Source: Candidatus Omnitrophota bacterium
GTDB taxonomy: Bacteria; Omnitrophota; Omnitrophia; Omnitrophales; JACROU01
Assembly (NCBI GenBank): GCA_029261035.1
Contig: JAJDCD010000008.1
Span: forward strand, 364,480 to 428,479
Direction of reading: 5' to 3'
DNA length: 64,000 nt
Positions 7,501 through 17,601 of the stretch are shown one piece after another. Position 1 is the first letter of the stretch. Every line of letters starts with the position of its first letter. Under the pieces are notes generated by a model. It had not been told where the DNA came from and made no database searches. It worked only from the letters and a program-made list of their open reading frames with translations. A program made the position numbers and the translations under genes.

Positions 7501-9336
7501 TTACTTTGATTTCTTTCTCAAATTCTGAACCTCCTCTAATGTAGTCATTGCTTCATCATCATTGTCAAGAATTGGTGTTTTTCTAAATTGTTTTCGTGGG
7601 TTTTTTGGAACCGCTCTCTTTTGTTTTCTTTCAGACGAATCTTTTTTATTAAAAGGTTGGGTGTAACTTACATGACCAAAGAAATCTAGCTTTACATGGT
7701 CTGTATGAAACTCAGGCGTCTTCCAAATCACGGCTGCTTCACCACGTTTAAGTCCGCGAATAAGGTCCGGTTCAATTCTAAATGTTTGTCCTTCTCGCAC
7801 TGATCCCTGCCCTGTAAATCCTTTCCCAAGCATATCCTCTTTTGTTTGATATGTATTGATCATTGTCTTGCGTGTTCCTGCTATTTTCACAAAACGTTCA
7901 ATAGAGAACGGATCGTCCTGTCTTAAAATAATTTTTGTATTTGTATTTTCAAGACACTGCTGCTGAAATCCAGGGGCATTACGAAACTGAAGATCCCCAA
8001 GTGACTGTAAATACATTGCAATCGCAAATCGACTTGCCCGTCCCTTGCTCAAAAGTGTGACGAAATTGCTATCAAGAAAGTCAGTTGCATCGTCAATGTG
8101 AATTCCAAAGAAGTGACGTTTACGTGCTGGCAATTCAGCTTGAATATAACTTGATACAGACCTGATACTTTGAATGATCATTCGCCCCAAACGCCTACTT
8201 GAGTCAGTGTATTTTTGAAGATCAAGGCTGAAGTAAGCAATCGAGTTCCGCTCGTACAGAGTTTGTATATCAATATCGGGCACATCAACATCCATAAGAT
8301 CTGAAAACTCACTTCGTGACATAAGATGAAGGTCTGCAATAAGCCCGCTCAAAAACCTGCGCGACTCCTTAAAATGATCCGCCATTTTCTCAAGATCATT
8401 TTTTATAACATAGTCTTTCGTTTCAGATTGAAGTCGTTGCAGTGCATTAAGATCAGTTAAATAACCATGAATTTCTCGGAACTTTGGAGCTCTGCCCGTC
8501 GACACAATCGCATTAAAAATCGTAAGAGCTGCTTGTTCACACATCTTTTTGTAAAACTCTTCGGTCCAAATCTGTGAGTTAATCAGCATCGAAGTAAGTT
8601 CAGTTGCATTTGCGCCTTCCGCTCTAAAAAACGGATTAAAGGTATTGGACTCTTTTACGTGATTTAGTGAGAAGTAGTAAAAATCATCCACGCGGCCCGT
8701 TTCTTCGACAATCCAGCGAAGCTTATCATAGAGTTCAAGATCACCTTTACCGTCAATGATAATCATGCCCTTCCCATGAGCAATGTCGTGAGCTACGGCT
8801 GGAAGCATGACTGACTCGCTTTTCCCACTTCCCGTGCTACCGACCACAAGCGTATGCATTTCCCTTTGATCATTCGTAAGATGAAGTGGCTTTCCAGTTT
8901 TTAAACTTTGTCCCAAATATGACTTGAAGTAATTTGACTCAAGTCGTGGATACCTCATTTTGTTTAAGCTGGGCTCTCTTTTCTGCCGCTCTTTTTTAAG
9001 ATTCTCTGAGTCAGGATTAAGATGCACAACTGCAAAAAAGAAGGGTAAGCTAACAGCTAAATAAACTCCGTAATACACACTCAATTTAATCCAAATAGCT
9101 GTTTGGCCTTCAATTCTCATTGCCTCATCTAGCCAATCAAAAATCTGATGCATGCTCAAAAAAAACGCAGCCGCAACAAACACTGAAACCGCAATTAATA
9201 AATACTTAAGTGCGGGGCTCCCAGATCGATCTGCTAGATTTATTAACGCTCGCGAGAAGCTAAGTGGTATCCTCACGAATGTTCCACCCAATACTTTTAG
9301 AAAGAACGATTCCCGTGATTGTGAAGGCTTATTCAT
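7501..9336 (-). CDS. traD: type IV coupling protein (TraD/TraG/VirD4 family) for conjugative DNA transfer
   Basis: N-terminal TM segments, Walker A VVGSTGSGKS, Walker B-like IHIDDATDF, 611 aa. Confidence 0.85.
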   Translation of the reverse strand: MNKPSQSRESFFLKVLGGTFVRIPLSFSRALINLADRSGSPALKYLLIAVSVFVAAAFFLSMHQIFDWLDEAMRIEGQTAIWIKLSVYYGVYLAVSLPFFFAVVHLNPDSENLKKERQKREPSLNKMRYPRLESNYFKSYLGQSLKTGKPLHLTNDQREMHTLVVGSTGSGKSESVMLPAVAHDIAHGKGMIIIDGKGDLELYDKLRWIVEETGRVDDFYYFSLNHVKESNTFNPFFRAEGANATELTSMLINSQIWTEEFYKKMCEQAALTIFNAIVSTGRAPKFREIHGYLTDLNALQRLQSETKDYVIKNDLEKMADHFKESRRFLSGLIADLHLMSRSEFSDLMDVDVPDIDIQTLYERNSIAYFSLDLQKYTDSSRRLGRMIIQSIRSVSSYIQAELPARKRHFFGIHIDDATDFLDSNFVTLLSKGRASRFAIAMYLQSLGDLQFRNAPGFQQQCLENTNTKIILRQDDPFSIERFVKIAGTRKTMINTYQTKEDMLGKGFTGQGSVREGQTFRIEPDLIRGLKRGEAAVIWKTPEFHTDHVKLDFFGHVSYTQPFNKKDSSERKQKRAVPKNPRKQFRKTPILDNDDEAMTTLEEVQNLRKKSK

Positions 9337-10139
9337 AAAATTTTCTTGAGTTTAAAGCTTGCCGCTTTATTCTCAAAGATTGCCCCCTCTCGCTCATTCA
9401 TCAATTCCTTGTAAGTCGTCATCCAAACCTGCTTGATATCGTAATCAAGCGCGGTTACTAGCCAATCTTTAATCTCTCCTTTGATGATCACAAAAAGCAG
9501 TGGATAAAGCTGATGGGACCAATAGTAATTCATCATCCCCTGATACCGCTTTTTACTCTTTGAGAGATTATGATTTTCAAATTCAATCGCAGCTCGCTTA
9601 TCTCCTCCAAAATGAATGATCCCATCCGGTCGCGGACCACTCCGGTGATTGCCGTATCTCAAAACCCGCTCACTCTCCCAATCATCAAGTCCAAGATCCC
9701 TAAAAAGAATCCTGAGATTGGTTACGTGCAAATCATGATCAATATGCCGATCAAAAGATTCTGTTGGCTCATAAAGGTCAAGCTTTGAATCTGTTCCTCT
9801 CTCTTTGAGAATCTCATATGATTTCTGTGTCACAAAATAGACATCAAGGCAAAGTCGCCCTGAATAGCCTTTTTCTAAATATCCAGCATTCACTAGTTTT
9901 TCTACTCGTTTGTAACAGGCTTTAGCATCCAGTGAGTTTTCTTTCCAAAAAGCTTCTCTGATCTGGCTGTATGCCAAGTAACGATGTTCATGTGCATACC
10001 GAAATAACTCAATATCTCGGTTTGTTAAAACAAGAGGACTCGCGTCCTCATCAAGCGATTTCGTTTCACTAATTTTTACTATTTCATCAACCACAAATAA
10101 ACCTCCAAAAAGATTGATCGCAGACTTTTTGGGAGGCAT
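9333..10139 (-). CDS. replication-relaxation family protein (putative relaxase-like)
   Basis: Size and motif pattern resemble the Replic_Relax family. 4-nt overlap with the downstream T4CP gene. Confidence 0.5.
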   Translation of the reverse strand: MPPKKSAINLFGGLFVVDEIVKISETKSLDEDASPLVLTNRDIELFRYAHEHRYLAYSQIREAFWKENSLDAKACYKRVEKLVNAGYLEKGYSGRLCLDVYFVTQKSYEILKERGTDSKLDLYEPTESFDRHIDHDLHVTNLRILFRDLGLDDWESERVLRYGNHRSGPRPDGIIHFGGDKRAAIEFENHNLSKSKKRYQGMMNYYWSHQLYPLLFVIIKGEIKDWLVTALDYDIKQVWMTTYKELMNEREGAIFENKAASFKLKKIL

Positions 10140-10157
10140 TTCTCACAGCTAACCTTT

Positions 10158-10185
10158 GAGAGGAGAGCTTACGTGCTCTCCTCTC
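10158..10185. repeat. perfect 11-bp palindrome GAGAGGAGAGC-ttacgt-GCTCTCCTCTC
   Basis: Read directly; lies in the 63-nt gap upstream of the replication-relaxation gene. Confidence 0.6.
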
Positions 10186-10202
10186 TCTGCCAGCTTCACC
10201 AT

Positions 10203-10670
10203 CTAGCGACGGATTTGGCTTGCGAATCGGTTCGCACTGCTTAAAACAGTTTGAAGCGTTCGATTACTTTCACGGGCCATATCCACCTGATACCGTCTTT
10301 CTTCACGCATGGTATCAACCGTTTTCACAGGTCTCCCAACCACTTGAACGGGCCTAGTTTCTGTGATTTGGGTTTCTCGCCAGGGAATCGTAATTGGTCC
10401 ATCACTTGCACTTTGGCTATCTTTCAAATTCTCATAAGCTAAAGCTGCACCTTGAACAATCACTCCCGCCGTAACAATTGCAACCGTTAAGACAAGTCCC
10501 CCGTAAATCCCTCGTTTAAGCAATCCTCCGAATTTACTTAAAATGCTTCTCACCAATATTCGCAATTGCTCACTTTTGCTGTAATGCTCTATCACTTTCA
10601 CTTCCGTTACTGCTCGTAGACCTGAAAATTTGTTAATTCTCATAGGCATCTCTATTTCACTTGCTCTCAT
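10203..10670 (-). CDS. membrane protein (1 TM), hypothetical
   Basis: ORF with AAGGAGA SD; hydrophobic segment GLVLTVAIVTAGVIV. Confidence 0.5.
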   Translation of the reverse strand: MRASEIEMPMRINKFSGLRAVTEVKVIEHYSKSEQLRILVRSILSKFGGLLKRGIYGGLVLTVAIVTAGVIVQGAALAYENLKDSQSASDGPITIPWRETQITETRPVQVVGRPVKTVDTMREERRYQVDMARESNRTLQTVLSSANRFASQIRR

Positions 10671-10913
10671 CGCTTTAATCTCCTTTTCACAAAGTTGGCT
10701 TTAGCGCCAGTTTTACCTCCCGAATTTAGGATCGGGTATTTGATTTTTTGATAGTTCTCTTCATATAGGGGCACGAAACCCCATTTTTTGAATGATTTTT
10801 TAAGGGTATTTCTCTATAGGATATTTTTTTAACCCTCTGTTCTTTTTAATCAATCTTACTCATCATTTATGACCCAACCTTTTTGCAATAGCACCTGGAT
10901 ACGCCATATTTAA

Positions 10914-10968
10914 CCGTTCGACTACGGTCTCTTAAATAAAATAATGTCGAGAGAGCGTAGTCGAACGG
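10914..10968. repeat. 13-bp perfect inverted repeat CCGTTCGACTACG / CGTAGTCGAACGG with inner TCTC/GAGA extension (candidate oriT or recombinase site)
   Basis: Read directly; sits in an intergenic region next to the transfer genes with no flanking T-tract. Confidence 0.5.
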
Positions 10969-11099
10969 TGGGTAGAGGCAGATTTTCCCAGGTGCGGGCA
11001 ATCGCCAGATGAAATAATGGAATTAAGACAGAAAGTAAGATTTAGAAAGAAGGGATACGATTTGAGGAACTTAAAACTTCGTAAAATTCAAGTCCCTCA

Positions 11100-11474
11100 T
11101 CAAGCGGCTGTTTTGTTTTGTGTGAGTATTTCTGGTGGGTGGGATTTTCCCCAGATGAATGCATTCTGGTACTTCCTACATCCACGGCACTTTTCTCTTG
11201 TCCCCTGAAAATCCTTCTCATAACGATCTCCGCAATTTTTACACTCGTAGACGAAGGTAAAAAGATGGGACTCCCCTTCAGCCTGGAAAGCTTTGTGCGG
11301 AAGGAGTTTCTGCTCACACCGTTGACACATGACCCACAGACCATCTGGGTCCACCGTATCTCCTGCTGCTTCAAAAAGCACCCGGTCACAACCTTTTGGA
11401 CAGCGTACCTCTTTGTAGTTGCCCCGAAGGTCTTCACGCCTCAAGACCGGGACGCCTTTTTCATTCTTGCTCAT
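11100..11474 (-). CDS. Cys-rich zinc-ribbon protein (hypothetical)
   Basis: Multiple CxxC pairs (CPKGC, CQRCEQ, CKNCGDRY, CRGCRKY). Start set at MSKNEKG, with AAGGAGG SD 9 nt upstream. Confidence 0.5.
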   Translation of the reverse strand: MSKNEKGVPVLRREDLRGNYKEVRCPKGCDRVLFEAAGDTVDPDGLWVMCQRCEQKLLPHKAFQAEGESHLFTFVYECKNCGDRYEKDFQGTREKCRGCRKYQNAFIWGKSHPPEILTQNKTAA

Positions 11475-11815
11475 TTTTTCGATCCTCCTTTTTCTTGGCA
11501 TTTGTTTTGCAACTGCTCATAACAGACTTTATAAAGCTATATATATAAATAGATAAAAAAAAGCCCTGAAAACAAATCAATAAACGCTAAAACACCCTTG
11601 TTTAAAAGGTCGGTGCATTAGTAGCGGTAGTTAATTCATCACAGGGTTTTCTACTGGGAACGTGCATCGGCCCCAAAAAGCAAGGCCATACAGAACTAGT
11701 CCCAAAATTCTAATTTTTCCAATTTAAAGATCGCGCTTTGCTACTAAAATGTCTCCTGGCCTATGGGCCCGTTGTGCACAACTTTGGCTTTTTGCCTATA
11801 TTTTTGTGCAATTAA

Positions 11816-12892
11816 TTAAGCTGATTTACGTATTACTAATTCAGGATTAAACTTATGTCTAGCTACTCCTGAATGGCTAAATTTCCCCTCAGATATCTCA
11901 ATTAAAAATTCACCTGCCTTATGGCCCATTTCCTTCAAGGGCTGCCTGATGGTAGTCAAAGGCGGATCGGTAAATTGACTTTCCGAATATCCATCAAAAC
12001 CAATTACTGAGACTTCCTTGGGACATTTAATACCCTTTTCACTGAGGTACTCTAGGACTCCTTTGGCAAGTGTATCGTTAGAACAAATCACCGCATCTGG
12101 ATTGTCGTTACCATTAAAAAGTTCAGAAGCTTTTTTATAGCCTTCTTCCACAACATAGCAAGCACTGTCCTTAATCCAGTTTTTCCTTATCTGAAAACCG
12201 CTTAATGCCATCGCTTTTTCAAAGCCTCTAAATTTGTCCCGCGAGTCGATTGATTCAATACTCGTTTGAAACTCGTCCCTTCCAATCCTGTTATGCATTG
12301 GTCCTTTCAAAAAGGCAATTTTCCGCTTACCTTTGTCAGATAAATAACCAACTGCCTTTGCCATACCTTCACCAACATCACAATAAGCAAAATGAGTACA
12401 GACCGACTTCTCAAAGTCATTGATTAAAATTATCGGAAAAGGTTTAGATACCGATTCTACAAGCTTGATTAAATTAGGGTGACTCCGCCACGTCAAAACA
12501 ATAAGTCCGTCAATCAAATACTTTTGAAGAAACCGTCTGATATTTTGATACCCATCATCGCGAACTGGAATCAACCGAATCTCATAGTCTGAGTTCTCCA
12601 TCGCTCCCATAATTCCAGAAAGCACGCCTCTGTGATACGGTGACTCGAATAAATCCGCTGAGTACGGCACAAGAACACCAAAGACACCTGTCTGATATTT
12701 ACGCTTTTTTGCATTTCTTTTCTCAGGCGTAAATTCATGTCCCTCAACAACAGGGCGTATTTTTTCGCGAGTCTCAGTTCGTAGCCTGTCGCGCTCAACA
12801 GGATTAAAATAACGTGAAACAGAGGCCTTTGAAACACCTGCTTCTCTGGCAATGGATTCTTCGGTAATTTTCATTTCGTATAACATCCCCAT
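11816..12892 (-). CDS. LacI-family transcriptional regulator
   Basis: HTH IAREAGVSKASVSRYFN plus a periplasmic-binding-fold effector domain. Confidence 0.8.
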   Translation of the reverse strand: MGMLYEMKITEESIAREAGVSKASVSRYFNPVERDRLRTETREKIRPVVEGHEFTPEKRNAKKRKYQTGVFGVLVPYSADLFESPYHRGVLSGIMGAMENSDYEIRLIPVRDDGYQNIRRFLQKYLIDGLIVLTWRSHPNLIKLVESVSKPFPIILINDFEKSVCTHFAYCDVGEGMAKAVGYLSDKGKRKIAFLKGPMHNRIGRDEFQTSIESIDSRDKFRGFEKAMALSGFQIRKNWIKDSACYVVEEGYKKASELFNGNDNPDAVICSNDTLAKGVLEYLSEKGIKCPKEVSVIGFDGYSESQFTDPPLTTIRQPLKEMGHKAGEFLIEISEGKFSHSGVARHKFNPELVIRKSA

Positions 12893-13179
12893 TTTCCAAA
12901 TTTGGAGTTTCTGAAACTCTGTGGAATTTCTGAAACTCTAAGTTTAACGTAACATATCCACACAAGAAATCAAGGGACGTCCGATAACTTTTTCGGGAAT
13001 TTTCTATCAAGAAATAGTCTTATTAAAATCGGAGTTTATCACCTAAATTTGAACTACCTATTAAGAAGAAAGATAAACAAACGCAAAAGAAAGGCTATTT
13101 GGGAAGGGTGTTTTTTTTGTAAAAAAGTGGCTATTTTGGGTGAGAATTACGACATTTTTATGCTATGTTTATGAACTTT

Positions 13180-13923
13180 TTACTCGCTCTCCTCTTTAAC
13201 TGGATCAAAAGAAACGGGTTCTTTGAAGCTTTCAAGCTCTTTATCTTCTTTCTTTTTTTCGATCTCAAACTCTTCAGGAAGAAGGTGTTTCCGGTTAGCG
13301 AATCCTCCGTGCCCTTTATAGTAATCGATCATTCCGTAATTGTCGGGGTCTCTATCGAGAAACCGAGAAGCAACTTGCCCCTTACAGAAATCATTAAGCA
13401 CACGGTTCTGTAGATTTGTGTGAGTCATCCATATTTGGTTTGATCCTTCCATTCCGAAAAAACCAAGATTCTTCTTTCTAAGCTCTCTTAATGCTTCATA
13501 ATGATCTTTACTCACTGGTTTCTCCCTCACAATTTGAACATCCCCACCGACCTCACTTCTAATCCGCATAATTTGGGGTGTGATTTGTTGAATAATATTA
13601 AAAAGAACATCGCAATCATAGGGCTTCTCAAGAAAGGCATCCGCGCCCACCTTAAGCCCCTCTCTCTCATTCGCTGTTGCCGACAAAGAAAGTATTGGTA
13701 AATACGCGGGTAGCTTCATCCGTCGTATTTGGGATATCGCTTCATGGCCTGTCATAACTGGCATACGCGTATCCATTAGAACAAGGTCATACTCCACTTC
13801 TTGGACCCGATCAACGGCTTCTTTTCCGTTTGAGACAACGTCCAAATCGTGTCCCCATATATCCATGAGCATATCCATGCTTTCAATGGTTGGACGCTCA
13901 TCTTCTGCCAAAAGAACCTTCAT
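13180..13923 (-). CDS. response regulator (REC domain) with uncharacterised C-terminal output domain
   Basis: MKVLLAEDE...DLVLMDTRMPVMTGHEAISQIRR. Start set at the MKVLL Met. Confidence 0.7.
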   Translation of the reverse strand: MKVLLAEDERPTIESMDMLMDIWGHDLDVVSNGKEAVDRVQEVEYDLVLMDTRMPVMTGHEAISQIRRMKLPAYLPILSLSATANEREGLKVGADAFLEKPYDCDVLFNIIQQITPQIMRIRSEVGGDVQIVREKPVSKDHYEALRELRKKNLGFFGMEGSNQIWMTHTNLQNRVLNDFCKGQVASRFLDRDPDNYGMIDYYKGHGGFANRKHLLPEEFEIEKKKEDKELESFKEPVSFDPVKEESE

Positions 13924-14000
13924 TCGTCCCTCCAATTTATAAGCATACACCCCTACCTGTAGGGGTGTCAACCTTGAGGAGTTTAAATGATAATTTTCGA

Positions 14001-14222
14001 ATGGCGAGCACATCGATGAAGAAATTAGCTAGAAGAATAAAAGAACTTCGTATAAAACGCGGCATGACTCAAGAAGAGGTTGCGGAAAAAGCGGGGATGA
14101 AATACAAGCATTATCAAGAGCTTGAAGAGCAAAAACCACCTCGCGATACGAAGTATTCAACCATCGAAAAAGTCGCCAGAAAAGGGCTGAACATATCGCT
14201 TAAGCAACTCTTCAATTTTTAG
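14001..14222 (+). CDS. XRE-family (Cro/C1) HTH transcriptional regulator
   Basis: LARRIKELRIKRGMTQEEVAEKAGM. Divergent from the REC gene. Start uncertain (14001 or 14016). Confidence 0.6.
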   Translation: MASTSMKKLARRIKELRIKRGMTQEEVAEKAGMKYKHYQELEEQKPPRDTKYSTIEKVARKGLNISLKQLFNF

Positions 14223-14309
14223 CACTTTTGGCGTCCTCTTCTTACTTTACGGTTCCACACACCTAATCCATTGCGCGTTTTGCTTACCGGTAAACCCATT
14301 GATTGAAAA

Positions 14310-16529
14310 TTAGATCTTTATTCTCTTTAACCTAAGTGAATTTAAAATAACAGAAACAGAACTAAAGCTCATCGCGGCTCCGGCAATCATTGGATTGAGT
14401 AAGAGGCCGATAAAAGGGTACAAAATTCCCGCAGCAATTGGTACCCCAAGTGCGTTATAAATGAATGCAAAAAATAGGTTTTGGCGAATGTTCGACATCA
14501 CCGCCCGGCTTAATTTTAGAGCCTTGACGATTCCATTTAAATCACCTTTTACCAAAGTAATCCCGGCACTCTCGATGGCAACATCCGTCCCTGTTCCCAT
14601 GGCTACCCCGACTTCCGCCTGAGCTAAAGCAGGCGCATCATTAATTCCGTCACCGGCCATCAACACCAGCGCTCCTTCTTTTTTCAGCTCTTTCACAATT
14701 TGCTGTTTATCTTTCGGCTCCAGTCCTGCACGCACATCATCAATGTTAAGTTCCTTAGCAATCGCACGCGCCGTGTTTTCGTTATCACCGGTCAACATAA
14801 TTACTTTCAACCCGAGATCATGGAGTTCCTGAATGGCGGTCGGTGTACTTTTCTTGATGGGATCTGAAATCCCCAGAATGCCCACCACTTTATTTTCTCT
14901 CGCAACCCAGACCACGGTCCGCGCTTCTTTCTGCATCGTCTCTGCTTTCTTTTTTAAATCCTCGGACAGATCTGTAAATCCCGCAATGAATTTTTGCTTC
15001 CCCAAAGAAATCTTTTTACCATCGAGTTCTCCCTTAACCCCTCCGCCGGTCACCGACTCAAATTGATCAACCTCCTTTAAATCAACTTTTTTTTCTTCGG
15101 CATAGTTCAACACGGCACGAGCCAAAGGATGTTCGCTTGATTTTTCAAGAGAACCCGCACTGACCAGTAATTCTTTTTCATCAACGCCCTCGGCCGTTTC
15201 AACGGATGTCACACTCGGTTTACCCTCAGTGAGAGTTCCCGTTTTATCCGTTAGTACGTGCGTAATCTTTTCGCACTTCTCAAGCGCCTCGGCGTTTTTA
15301 ATCAATATCCCTGACCTAGCGCCGCGTCCCACACCGACCATAATAGACATTGGAGTTGCCAATCCTAAAGCGCAAGGACAGGCGATAATTAACACCGCAA
15401 TAGCGTTCACGAAGGCATATGCAAGAGCAGGCTGTGGGCCCCAAAGAGCCCATATCCCAAAAGTTAATGCCGCGATCAAAATCACAACCGGCACAAAGAT
15501 TCCTGCGACTTTATCGGCCAGGCCTTGAATCGGTGCCCGGCTTCGCTGCGCTTCTGAGACCATGTGTACAATCTGCGAGAGTAATGTTTCCGAACCCACC
15601 TTCTCCGTCTTCATCACAAAAGAACCCGTTTGATTGACGGTTGCCCCAATAACCTTGTCGCCTTCACCTTTCTCAACAGGCACAGGCTCTCCGGAAATCA
15701 TAGATTCATCAATCGTGCTTTTTCCCTCGGTAATGGTCCCGTCCAGGGGAATCTTCTCTCCCGGGCGAACACGCAACAGGTCCCCCTTTTGCACCTCATC
15801 CACAGCAACTTCCTCTTCCTCGCCATCACGCAAACGATGAGCATTTTTGGCCGCAAGGCCGAGCAATACTTTGATCGCTTCCCCTGTCCGTGCGCGAGCT
15901 TTCGCTTCCAGATACTGCCCAAGAATCACCAGCACGGTGATCACAACTGCCGCTTCAAAGTAGAGCCCCAACATGCCATTCATTTTTAGTGAGTTAGGAA
16001 ATATTTGAGGAAAAATAACAGCCGCAGCGCTATAAAAATATGCGGCTCCAACACCCATGGCAATCAAGGTGAACATATTCAAACTGCGATTCACGACCGA
16101 CTGCCATGCGCGTTTAAAGAAAAATCCGCCCGCCCAGAAAATAACCGGTGCGCTTAAAAAGAGCTGTATCCATCCTGAAGCGTGATGAGAAATGAATTCA
16201 AATTTTAATGCAGGAATCATCTCTTCAGCAGCTAAAAAGACAACAGGAAGACCAAAAATCACACCTCCCCAAAACTTGCGTTTTAATTTCTTAGTTTCAT
16301 TTTGTTCATGCTTGTCTTCTGCCTGGGCATTTTTAGCTTCCAAAGCCATGCCGCATTTCGGACAACTACCGGGATGGTCCTGCTCTACTTCCGAATGCAT
16401 CGGGCAGGTGTAAACCGTTTTCTCCTTAGATGCCTCGGATTGCATGGGTTCTAATGCCATACCGCATTTAGGGCAATCGCCGGGCTTTTCTTCAGCAATT
16501 TCTGGATGCATCGGACATGTGTATTTCAT
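14310..16529 (-). CDS. copA: Cu(I)/Ag(I)-translocating P1B-type ATPase with two N-terminal CPxHPE...CPKCGM metal-binding domains
   Basis: CPC in the TM segment ([10 protein letters not shown]), [15 protein letters not shown]. Two CPMH(P/S)E...CPKCGMALE repeats. Confidence 0.9.
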   Translation of the reverse strand: MKYTCPMHPEIAEEKPGDCPKCGMALEPMQSEASKEKTVYTCPMHSEVEQDHPGSCPKCGMALEAKNAQAEDKHEQNETKKLKRKFWGGVIFGLPVVFLAAEEMIPALKFEFISHHASGWIQLFLSAPVIFWAGGFFFKRAWQSVVNRSLNMFTLIAMGVGAAYFYSAAAVIFPQIFPNSLKMNGMLGLYFEAAVVITVLVILGQYLEAKARARTGEAIKVLLGLAAKNAHRLRDGEEEEVAVDEVQKGDLLRVRPGEKIPLDGTITEGKSTIDESMISGEPVPVEKGEGDKVIGATVNQTGSFVMKTEKVGSETLLSQIVHMVSEAQRSRAPIQGLADKVAGIFVPVVILIAALTFGIWALWGPQPALAYAFVNAIAVLIIACPCALGLATPMSIMVGVGRGARSGILIKNAEALEKCEKITHVLTDKTGTLTEGKPSVTSVETAEGVDEKELLVSAGSLEKSSEHPLARAVLNYAEEKKVDLKEVDQFESVTGGGVKGELDGKKISLGKQKFIAGFTDLSEDLKKKAETMQKEARTVVWVARENKVVGILGISDPIKKSTPTAIQELHDLGLKVIMLTGDNENTARAIAKELNIDDVRAGLEPKDKQQIVKELKKEGALVLMAGDGINDAPALAQAEVGVAMGTGTDVAIESAGITLVKGDLNGIVKALKLSRAVMSNIRQNLFFAFIYNALGVPIAAGILYPFIGLLLNPMIAGAAMSFSSVSVILNSLRLKRIKI

Positions 16530-16532
16530 TAC

Positions 16533-17123
16533 CTATACTTCCTGATTATTTTTTTTGTGTATGCAAACAGAGAAGTAGTGGCCAAGCACCACACCTAAAA
16601 ACCCAACGCCGATTAAACCCTCTACAGCCACAAGACCTTTGCCACTTATTGTCAACGGTGCTATATCCCCAAATCCAACTGTTGTGATGGTCATAACACT
16701 TAAGTAGAGACTATCCAAGAATATCGAATGAAGATGTTCAATATGTTGAGCCACGCCATAGCTTTGGCCCCACATTAACTTCATTCCAGTAAAAGATGGG
16801 GTGCTACTTTGCACTTGAAGGAGAGAAAACCAACTCGCAAAGATAGCAATCAAGGAAGCATACGCTTCTAAAATTCCTTTAAGCTGAAAATGTTGCTTGT
16901 GAAATAAAAGGTTACGCAGAATAACAAATACACCGACACCAGGGACGGCGCCGCCCAAGATTGCAAGACACAGCAACGTAAAGGGTTCAGGCCCTGAGTG
17001 CATTTGCCCTTCCACTTCATGCAGACCTACCGTCAGGTAAACCAACATCCCTATATAGGGCACTGCACATAGCAGTAAAGAGCTTCTTAATATTCCACTC
17101 ATTTTTGGTAACGTTGATTTCAT
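16533..17123 (-). CDS. two-TM potassium-channel family protein
   Basis: Selectivity-filter-like TITTVGFGD. Confidence 0.6.
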   Translation of the reverse strand: MKSTLPKMSGILRSSLLLCAVPYIGMLVYLTVGLHEVEGQMHSGPEPFTLLCLAILGGAVPGVGVFVILRNLLFHKQHFQLKGILEAYASLIAIFASWFSLLQVQSSTPSFTGMKLMWGQSYGVAQHIEHLHSIFLDSLYLSVMTITTVGFGDIAPLTISGKGLVAVEGLIGVGFLGVVLGHYFSVCIHKKNNQEV

Positions 17124-17160
17124 TAAATCCTTTCAAACAAGCATTATTTTCGGAACTCAA

Positions 17161-17583
17161 TTACTCAATGCCAACGCCGTACTCATAAACCATTTGACCA
17201 CCCAAATGACCCGTATAAGCAACTAAACCGACTGTAGCCAAAAGAACAATGAGAAACACAGCTCTAAAGTACTTAGCAAATTCGTTTTTGAGAAACCATA
17301 GAACTGGTAATGACATCAACGAAACCCACATTGTTCTTTGAGCCATCAAACTGTGCTTTGTCAATAAGGGATGATTCAAGTGAAGCCGCTCTGCCTCCCA
17401 AATACCGGTACGAACAACTAGCGGAGTTAACAATGCCGCAAACACATAAAGATAAATTGCCGATTGATGCAACGCCTTCTTTCGAAAGACAAGACTAAGC
17501 ACATCAAATACTAAAGCCGTAAAAAAAAGCGCTATGGGAAAATGAACCATCTTTGGATGAATCGGTATCAAAAAATCAAACAT
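17161..17583 (-). CDS. DUF2231 family membrane protein
   Basis: IHPKMVHFPIAL motif, 4 TM segments. Confidence 0.5.
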   Translation of the reverse strand: MFDFLIPIHPKMVHFPIALFFTALVFDVLSLVFRKKALHQSAIYLYVFAALLTPLVVRTGIWEAERLHLNHPLLTKHSLMAQRTMWVSLMSLPVLWFLKNEFAKYFRAVFLIVLLATVGLVAYTGHLGGQMVYEYGVGIE

Positions 17584-17601
17584 CAGGCGACCTCCTTTCT
17601 T

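Noticed and set aside
11520-11815. Searched this region and 10680..11100 for a tRNA or attachment site marking an ICE boundary
   Set aside because: No T-arm (GGTTCGAnTCC-like) or cloverleaf-compatible sequence was found, so no tRNA is called.
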